Assembly (NCBI GenBank): GCA_003449595.1
Contig: DMHB01000193.1
Span: forward strand, 1-11,324
Direction: 5' to 3'
Source: Microscillaceae bacterium
Lineage (GTDB): Bacteria > Bacteroidota > Bacteroidia > Cytophagales > Microscillaceae
Length of the DNA stretch: 11,324 bases
The translations under genes were made by a program, and so were the position numbers. The notes under the pieces are model-generated. The model had not been told where the DNA came from and ran no database searches. It saw nothing but the letters and a program-made list of their open reading frames with translations. Positions within the stretch are counted from its first letter, which is position 1; every line of letters starts with the position of its first letter. Shown here piece by piece: positions 5,872-11,324 of the stretch.

Positions 5872-8800
5872 TTATGGGTGAATAAATAATTTTTCCATCG
5901 AACGATGCGCGCCTTGCCGCACTTCTACAAAGTAAAGCCCACCGGCCCACCGAGGCAATAAATTCAGCAGGGTGGTTTGCTCGGTCGTCGTCCACTGTTG
6001 CAATAGGTTTCCTTGCGCATCCCACAGTAAAATGGTGGCTGTGCCCAAAGGCGGTTCGGCCAATTGCACGTGGCAACTACCTTGGGCAGGATTGGGATAC
6101 ACCCGGAAACTGCCCTTGTCGATAGGGTCGGCAAGATTGGTAACCGGCAAAGCACGGTTGATAACTTGCAGCGATTTGGTAACCGAGTTGGTGCATCCGT
6201 TGGTGCCGGTGCTGGTCAGCGTGATGCTATAAGTACCGGCTTGTGTAAAAGTAGCCGTTGGGTTGGCCAAGGTCGAAGTAGTGCCATTACCCAGATCCCA
6301 TTGCCAAGCCACTGCGTCGGCGCTGGTGCTTTGGAGCGAAAGGGTGTTGCTGGCGGCCAAGTTCAAGGTGTCGGTACTCATCGTAAAGCCAGCTTGGTGT
6401 TGAGCAACTTGTAGCTGAATGGCTACCGGCGCACTCTGGTAGAGCGAATCGGCATTGGTAACGTAAATGGTTTGATTGGTTTGAAAATTACCTAAGTTTA
6501 TAAACTCAGCCGGCACTAACGTACTGCCTACAACATTGATCGCAGAAGCCAATGAAACAGGCAAGCGGTTGTAAAAATTAAACAATTTCCCTCCAAGGGG
6601 ACGCAACACATAGTTGGCATCGAGGCATACGTTGAGGGTTTGTGCTTGGGGCAATGGGCCGGTTTTCAAAGTGTTGAATTGGGTTTTGGCTGCTTGGGCG
6701 CTATTTTGCAGTGCAGCCAAGTTGTCGGCGGCAAGGAAGGCAACCGAAAAAATCACGGTTTGACCATTTTGCAGTGTGCCCAAATTGACTCCTATGGCGT
6801 GTGCTACATCGTTGCCTGCGCCACTCATCCCGGCTTGGGTGCGCGATAGGCCGGAGGAGATAAGCTGAAATTTTTCGGCACTGCTAAAGTTGTTGTTGAT
6901 TTGCATACTGCCGTTGCTGCCGTCGTTGTCGATGGCATAGTAGGCCGGTGTTTGGTCGGAAAGCAGCCGCAAACCTGCATAAAGTCCCCCGGCTTGGGTT
7001 TGAAATACATAGCCCAAGTTGCGCGTTCCATCCCAGTCGGCGCGGTTGGTGGCAGCGTTCTGCACGTTCCAATCCGCAAAAACCCCTGCAAATACATTCG
7101 ACAAGGCGCTTCCGCTGATATTTTTTACTTTATACTCCGCAATCACTACCCCGCTGAGCGCCGGATCGCTCAACGCATAGTAGCGTTGTTGCACCTCTAC
7201 GCCCACCCGGTTGGGATTGCCGGGCACATCGGTAAAAGTAGAACCAGCTTGCAGGTTTTGAGCGGTGCTTGCCGGGTCAAATTTGAGGATAGAAGTATTG
7301 GTAAAACTTTGGTCGGTAGTGGCATTATCGACATACAAGGCATTGGAAATACGGGTAGCGTTGGTGCCAATCAGCAAGCCTGCGGTGGAAAGCAGGGTGT
7401 TGTTTTTGTACCGAAAGCCAACCTGATCGGTATTGTTGAACAAAGTGGCCAAGCCATTGTCGGCAGCTGTGAAAGCAACTTGATTGGTCTGCAAAGTTAG
7501 ATAGCTGGGCGCAGGGCTAATGGGTAGCGCCACGGTCTGGGTGCTCGAAAAAACGCCATCCGAAAAGGTAACCTGAAAACTTACCAAGGTATTGGCTGGC
7601 AGCGAGGGGTTCACACTGAGCACTATGGGGTCGGCTTGGTTGGTAAAATCGGTATAAGTAGCCACTGCCCCAATGGCTGACTGATTTTTGACTACCACCA
7701 CTTGCGGGTTACTCGATGTTACGGTGATGGTTAGGTTACTCAGGGCATCCAATTCGTTCCGCATCGCGCAAAGCAACTGGCGGTTCGAGGTGCCGGGCTG
7801 TAAACCCAACCAAGCTTGGTTGATGGCTATAAACTTGAGCGGTGTGGCTTGCAGCGCCGCTTGCATATTCATCCTCCCAGTGCCCATTTGCCCCAGATAA
7901 TTGGTGTGAGCCAATACCGGATCTGAAGTAGCTTTCAGGCGGGCAATCACTTGTGAGGCTTTCAGAGAAGGAAACTGCAACCGCACCAAGGCCGCTGCGG
8001 CGGCTACTTGTGGCGCAGCAAACGAAGTGCCCGAAGCATTGGCATACGTACCTCCCGGATTGGTAGTAAGGGCTTGGTCGCCATAGGCAGCCACATCGAC
8101 CCGGTCATTGTAAGTCGAAAAGCCTACTTTGTCGTCATTGGTGGCGTTCAGGCTAGCTACCGAGCAAACAATGCCCTTGTATGAAGCCGGATAAAAATAC
8201 CCGGTGCTGCCGCTATTGCCTGCGGCGGCTACCAGCACCACGTCATACACATCGACCAAGTAGCGAAGCAATTCCATTTCATACAAACTGGGGTTGCCTT
8301 GCCTTCCCCACGACATATTGATGACTTTGCAGCCATTTTGGGCGGCATAGACTACTGCTTCCAGCCCTTGCGAGATGACCGGCGAACTGCCCGAGGCTGC
8401 TTTGACCGGCATAAACCGACAGGCATATCCTACTCCGGCGATGCCTACACTGTTGTTGGCTTGCGCCGATGCCACCCCGGTTACCTGCGAACCGTGTTGG
8501 TCACCACCCAAGGTCATATTTCCATCGGCTACATTGAAACCACCTGAAAAATTATTGATCAAATCAGGATGAGTAAGATCGAAGCCGGAATCAGTAATAC
8601 CGATTAAAAAGGAAGCACTACCCGTCTGAATATCCCAAGCCTGCAAAGCATTGAGTTTGGTGAGGTAATATTGGCTACCCACAGAAGGGTCGTTGGGCGT
8701 AAGCAACGGATTGGCCGAGGTTTGCGGCAAATCCATCGGAAAAAAATAATAATAAGGTTCGGCATATTCCACCCGCGCATCGGCACGCAACTGCGCCAAA

Positions 8801-9096
8801 GTGGTTTCCACATCAATTTCGGAAGCCAGTTGCAGTTGAAAAATATCTTGGGTTTCACGCCAAGCGACGGCTTGTATTTTTTCATATCGTATTTCAGCCA
8901 AGCAGGCAGGTTGCGATAGTGTTTGGGCTTGGTCAGTAGCGGGCTTGAGTTTAAAGACCACCCGATGGGGGTCATAACTACCGTATTGTGCTTGCAGGGC
9001 AGCCATTCGGTCGGGTTGTGCCCACAGCGGTCCCTGCCAGCAAACCAATAGCCACAGCCCAAGGGTTAGCAAAATACGATTCGACAGTATTTTCAT
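5872..9096 (-). CDS. Secreted subtilisin-like serine peptidase (S8 family) with PKD domain and T9SS C-terminal sorting domain; 1074 aa from the preferred start
   Basis: The preferred start is the ATG at 9094..9096 (MKILSNRILLTLGLWLLVCWQGPLWAQ signal peptide). The track ORF extends to 9183 but adds a non-signal leader. The S8 triad motifs are IGITDSGFD (Asp), GDQHGSQVTG (His), AAAGNSG (oxyanion Asn) and ASGTSFAAPQVAAAAALV (Ser). A propeptide-like region precedes the S8 domain. A PKD-like domain (WQWDLGNGTTSTLANPTATFTQAGTYSITLTSTGTNGCTNSVTKSLQV) and a terminal T9SS C-terminal domain (FRVYPNPAQGSCHVQLAEPP...GLYFVEVRQGAHRSMEKLFI) follow. Confidence 0.85.
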   Translation of the reverse strand: MKILSNRILLTLGLWLLVCWQGPLWAQPDRMAALQAQYGSYDPHRVVFKLKPATDQAQTLSQPACLAEIRYEKIQAVAWRETQDIFQLQLASEIDVETTLAQLRADARVEYAEPYYYFFPMDLPQTSANPLLTPNDPSVGSQYYLTKLNALQAWDIQTGSASFLIGITDSGFDLTHPDLINNFSGGFNVADGNMTLGGDQHGSQVTGVASAQANNSVGIAGVGYACRFMPVKAASGSSPVISQGLEAVVYAAQNGCKVINMSWGRQGNPSLYEMELLRYLVDVYDVVLVAAAGNSGSTGYFYPASYKGIVCSVASLNATNDDKVGFSTYNDRVDVAAYGDQALTTNPGGTYANASGTSFAAPQVAAAAALVRLQFPSLKASQVIARLKATSDPVLAHTNYLGQMGTGRMNMQAALQATPLKFIAINQAWLGLQPGTSNRQLLCAMRNELDALSNLTITVTSSNPQVVVVKNQSAIGAVATYTDFTNQADPIVLSVNPSLPANTLVSFQVTFSDGVFSSTQTVALPISPAPSYLTLQTNQVAFTAADNGLATLFNNTDQVGFRYKNNTLLSTAGLLIGTNATRISNALYVDNATTDQSFTNTSILKFDPASTAQNLQAGSTFTDVPGNPNRVGVEVQQRYYALSDPALSGVVIAEYKVKNISGSALSNVFAGVFADWNVQNAATNRADWDGTRNLGYVFQTQAGGLYAGLRLLSDQTPAYYAIDNDGSNGSMQINNNFSSAEKFQLISSGLSRTQAGMSGAGNDVAHAIGVNLGTLQNGQTVIFSVAFLAADNLAALQNSAQAAKTQFNTLKTGPLPQAQTLNVCLDANYVLRPLGGKLFNFYNRLPVSLASAINVVGSTLVPAEFINLGNFQTNQTIYVTNADSLYQSAPVAIQLQVAQHQAGFTMSTDTLNLAASNTLSLQSTSADAVAWQWDLGNGTTSTLANPTATFTQAGTYSITLTSTGTNGCTNSVTKSLQVINRALPVTNLADPIDKGSFRVYPNPAQGSCHVQLAEPPLGTATILLWDAQGNLLQQWTTTEQTTLLNLLPRWAGGLYFVEVRQGAHRSMEKLFIHP
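5875..6114 (-). other. T9SS (Por) C-terminal sorting domain of the S8 peptidase
   Basis: Last 80 aa: the YPNPA motif, a conserved W..D..G block and the terminal GLYFVEV...KLFI beta strands. This is the typical TIGR04183-like pattern. Confidence 0.75.
6160..6411 (-). other. PKD-like domain of the S8 peptidase
   Basis: The WxxDFGDG-like core appears as WQWDLGNGTTS, followed by the conserved TF..AGTY.ITL.V.N..G block. Confidence 0.6.
8020..8640 (-). other. S8 catalytic domain core (Asp codon about 8590..8592, His about 8494..8496, Ser about 8026..8028)
   Basis: Positions calculated from the motif locations in the translated ORF; approximate. Confidence 0.7.
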
Positions 9097-9193
9097 AGAT
9101 GTTGGTATGGATGGATGGCGATAAAGCGAGTCGGTTGTATGCTTCGATAGCTTGAATTTCGCAAATAAACGCGACTTTATCATTTCACTTACG

Positions 9194-9230
9194 AAAAAAA
9201 AGAGGGAGCAGTTGTAGGTTCGCTCCCTCT
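9194..9230 (-). terminator. Rho-independent terminator downstream of the lipoprotein gene, upstream of the S8 peptidase gene
   Basis: A perfect 9-bp stem AGAGGGAGC (9201..9209) pairs with GCTCCCTCT (9222..9230) around a 12-nt loop. On the minus strand the hairpin is followed by T8 (the A-run 9194..9201 on the plus strand). Confidence 0.65.
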
Positions 9231-9261
9231 CTTTGTGGAGAATAATTGGCCAACAAGCTGC

Positions 9262-10035
9262 TCACCGCCAAGGGGGTTGGTAAGTGTTGTAGGGGTTTTG
9301 TTGGGTTTGGGTAGGTTGTTGGTACGGATTCCAAGGTTGGTAGGGATTGATGCTGTAAGGATCGTAAGGATTGTAATAGGGGTTGAGGCGCTTGCGGATG
9401 CGCACACTATCCGGAATTACGAACCGGCCACGCAGCACCATTTTGTTGCCTAAGTTGGTTTCGGGTACAAACGCATTGATTTCGCCACACACTTTGTTGC
9501 TGTCCAAACTACGGATGAGCAAATCTTTTACCTCGTCCATTTGGCTATGGGGCTTGCTATACAAGTAACTCTTGCCTTCTTTGGTATAAATATACACCAC
9601 ATAGCGGTTGAAATTCTTAGGCGATAAATAGCTGTAGCGGCCTGCTTTCAGCGGTTTCTTTTCAGGATCGACGCTGTACAATTCGATTTCTAAGCGTACT
9701 TCGCCGGGCTGAAGCCGCTTGCCTCTGCCGCGCAAGGTGTCGAGGGCTTTGACATAGGTGGTAAAAATAATTCGTTTTTGGGTAGGACTTACGTGTTCAA
9801 TCCAAGCATCTACGTAGTCGAAATTATAGTCAACAAGGCTTTTATACATGACCAACATTTTGCTGGTTTCGGGGCACTTTTCGACTACCTTTCCGGCCTT
9901 GCGGTTATCAACAGTAAAAAGCGTATCTAAATAGTGGTTTACTGCTTGTTTGTTTGACTCTTGTGTGGAGCCACAACTCCAGAGCACAGAGCTGGCGCAG
10001 AAAAGCGCAAATATGAACAGAAGAAAATATTTCAT
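9262..10035 (-). CDS. Hypothetical lipoprotein with C-terminal Asn/Pro/Tyr/Gln-rich low-complexity tail
   Basis: The preferred start is the ATG at 10033..10035 (MKYFLLFIFALFCASSVLWSCGST, signal peptide plus lipobox-like LWSC|G). The track ORF begins 9 codons earlier at 10062. There are no recognisable catalytic motifs. The C-terminus is NPYYNPYDPYSINPYQPWNPYQQPTQTQQNPYNTYQPPWR. Confidence 0.55.
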   Translation of the reverse strand: MKYFLLFIFALFCASSVLWSCGSTQESNKQAVNHYLDTLFTVDNRKAGKVVEKCPETSKMLVMYKSLVDYNFDYVDAWIEHVSPTQKRIIFTTYVKALDTLRGRGKRLQPGEVRLEIELYSVDPEKKPLKAGRYSYLSPKNFNRYVVYIYTKEGKSYLYSKPHSQMDEVKDLLIRSLDSNKVCGEINAFVPETNLGNKMVLRGRFVIPDSVRIRKRLNPYYNPYDPYSINPYQPWNPYQQPTQTQQNPYNTYQPPWR

Positions 10036-10071
10036 ACAAATAAAAGTGCGTGAAGGCATCATACAATTACA

Positions 10072-10521
10072 TTAGGCTTTAGCCGATTGTTCGGCGGCAA
10101 GCATATCGGCTTTTAGTTTTTCAGGGATAGGGGCTTTTCTCAGGGCTTTGTAATCGTAGCAGGTCAATTTGGCGATCACTTCGGCGGCTACCCGTTGGTG
10201 TTTGTGGCTGAAGATAATTTGCTCGGTCTCGAAGCTAAATTCATCAAAACTATCCAATTTAATTTTTGTAGCAATGGTTACCGTGTCCGGAAAGGTCAAG
10301 GGAAACTTGTATTTACACTGAATAGCTGCCAAAATAGGCCCCACAGGGTCGCCTTCGCCGGTAGAGTTGACCGAAAAGCCCAATTGGTTGAAATAGTGAA
10401 TCCGGCCACTTTCGGCATAGCGCAAATATACGGTATTGTTCACGTGCTGGGCAGCATCCATTTCTCCCCAAGCTACTTGCACTTCGATGTGGGTGGTGTA
10501 TGTGGAAAGGATATCTTGCAT
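10072..10521 (-). CDS. Hotdog-fold acyl-CoA thioesterase (4HBT / YbgC-like) family protein
   Basis: The preferred start is the ATG at 10519..10521 (MQDILSTYTTHIEVQVAWGEMDAAQHVNNTVYLRYAESGR). The alternative is 10548. The V.W.D.D...HVNN..Y....E.aR motif is characteristic of 4HBT thioesterases. Length is about 150 aa. Confidence 0.65.
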   Translation of the reverse strand: MQDILSTYTTHIEVQVAWGEMDAAQHVNNTVYLRYAESGRIHYFNQLGFSVNSTGEGDPVGPILAAIQCKYKFPLTFPDTVTIATKIKLDSFDEFSFETEQIIFSHKHQRVAAEVIAKLTCYDYKALRKAPIPEKLKADMLAAEQSAKA

Positions 10522-10681
10522 AGTGTTTGGACAATGAAAAAGTATCATTAATAAATGTGCTCACAAAAATAGCTGAATTCGTCTTTGTTCAAGCAATCTT
10601 GAAGAATCCCTTTATGAAATCCTTTAATTTCTGCAACTTTGTAGCCGAAAATTTATTTTTTTCACCAACCTTCCAATCGAT

Positions 10682-11324
10682 ATGAGCAACGGTTTTTTTC
10701 AAGTGCCAACCCCCAAAAACGAGCCAGTTCTTAGCTATGCGCCCGGCTCGGCTGAGCGCATAGCCCTCAAATCTGCCATTGAACAAATGCGTAGCCAAAC
10801 CATAGAAATTCCTATGTACATCGGCGCCGAAAAAGTGTTGACCGACCGCAAAGTAAAAATTAGCCCTTCGCACGACCATACCCATACGCTGGGCTATTTC
10901 TATGAAGGCGATGCCGACCACGTTCACCAAGCCATTCAAGCGGCCTTGGCTGCTCGCGAGCTTTGGGCTGATTTTTCTTGGGAAAAACGCGCTGCCATTT
11001 TCCTGAAGGCCGCCGATTTGTTGGCTGGGCCTTACCGTGCGCGCATCAACGCTGCCACAATGCTGGGGCAATCTAAAAATGCGTACCAAGCAGAAATTGA
11101 TGCGGCTTGCGAAATGATCGACTTTTTGCGCTTCAATGTGGCCTATATGCAGTTCATTTATCAGCAGCAGCCCGAATCGTCGCCCGGCATTTGGAATCGC
11201 TTGGAATACAGACCTTTAGAAGGATTTGTATTTGCCCTCACCCCATTCAATTTTACAGCCATTGGTGGCAACCTCCCTACTGCGCCTGCTATGATGGGCA
11301 ATTGCGTGGTTTGGAAACCCGCTT
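10682..11324 (+). CDS. pruA: L-glutamate gamma-semialdehyde (1-pyrroline-5-carboxylate) dehydrogenase, N-terminal 214 codons; continues beyond the window end
   Basis: Manual translation from the ATG at 10682 gives MSNGFFQVPTPKNEPVLSYAPGSAERIALKSAIEQMRSQTIEIPMYIGAEKV...FALTPFNFTAIGGNLPTAPAMMGNCVVWKP. This is the conserved N-terminus of Bacteroidota-type P5C dehydrogenases of the aldehyde dehydrogenase superfamily. No stop occurs before the window edge, which is why it is absent from the ORF track. Confidence 0.85.
   Translation, partial: MSNGFFQVPTPKNEPVLSYAPGSAERIALKSAIEQMRSQTIEIPMYIGAEKVLTDRKVKISPSHDHTHTLGYFYEGDADHVHQAIQAALAARELWADFSWEKRAAIFLKAADLLAGPYRARINAATMLGQSKNAYQAEIDAACEMIDFLRFNVAYMQFIYQQQPESSPGIWNRLEYRPLEGFVFALTPFNFTAIGGNLPTAPAMMGNCVVWKPA

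Noticed and set aside
6901-7500. 199-aa plus-strand ORF and several 60-120-aa ORFs inside the S8 protease gene
   Set aside because: All lie antisense or out of frame within a 3.2-kb CDS with conserved S8, PKD and CTD motifs. They are Gly/Val/Ala-rich frames expected by chance.
9110-9121. Short tandem ATGGATGGATGG
   Set aside because: Three copies of a 4-mer in an intergenic leader. Too short to be a meaningful repeat or regulatory array.
9201-9230. GGTTCGCTCC resembling a tRNA T-arm (GGTTCGAATCC)
   Set aside because: It forms the 3' arm and loop of a simple 9-bp terminator hairpin. No acceptor stem, D-arm or anticodon arm can be drawn around it, so it is not a tRNA.
9272-9311. Four G-runs (GGGGG, GGGG, GGG, GGG) on the plus strand, a possible G-quadruplex
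   Set aside because: The first loop would be 15 nt and the runs fall inside the coding sequence of the lipoprotein tail. The G-richness is explained by the Pro/Asn/Tyr/Gln codon bias on the opposite strand. A functional G4 is weakly supported.
10638-10661. TTTG (10638..10641) and TATTTTTT (10654..10661) upstream of pruA
   Set aside because: The spacer is only about 12 nt, against about 19 nt in the Bacteroidota sigma-A consensus. The region is simply AT-rich, so it was not called as a promoter.
10589-11089. 166-aa minus-strand ORF
   Set aside because: It overlaps, on the opposite strand, the strongly conserved N-terminus of P5C dehydrogenase (pruA). pruA was missed by the ORF track only because it has no stop within the window.

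Overview
This is a gene-dense bacterial window with about 50% GC and no rRNA, tRNA, CRISPR or obvious mobile element. It looks like a Bacteroidota chromosome: the large protease ends in a type IX secretion (T9SS) C-terminal sorting domain, an FkbM methyltransferase is present, and the proline-catabolism gene is of the Bacteroidota type. The main item is an 833-aa ORF (277..2778, +) that reads along its whole length as a homologue of the eukaryotic major vault protein (MVP). It has N-terminal MVP-type repeats, a shoulder region, a long cap-helix coiled coil and a cap-ring-like C-terminus. Bacterial MVP homologues are rare, and whether they assemble has not been tested. The rest of the window is ordinary. 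It holds a partial WbqC-like gene (- strand, runs off the 5' edge), a secreted dienelactone hydrolase, an FkbM methyltransferase and a probable three-gene minus-strand operon. That operon encodes a 1074-aa secreted S8 subtilisin-like protease (propeptide, S8 domain, PKD domain, T9SS C-terminal domain), a small NTF2/SnoaL-like protein and a secreted glycerophosphodiester phosphodiesterase, with a TGATG stop/start overlap between the last two. Further along are a lipoprotein with an unusual Asn/Pro/Tyr/Gln-rich tail, a hotdog-fold thioesterase and the 5' part of 1-pyrroline-5-carboxylate dehydrogenase (pruA), which runs off the 3' edge. Two clear Rho-independent terminators are visible. Several long antisense or alternate-frame ORFs in the six-frame track are judged spurious.
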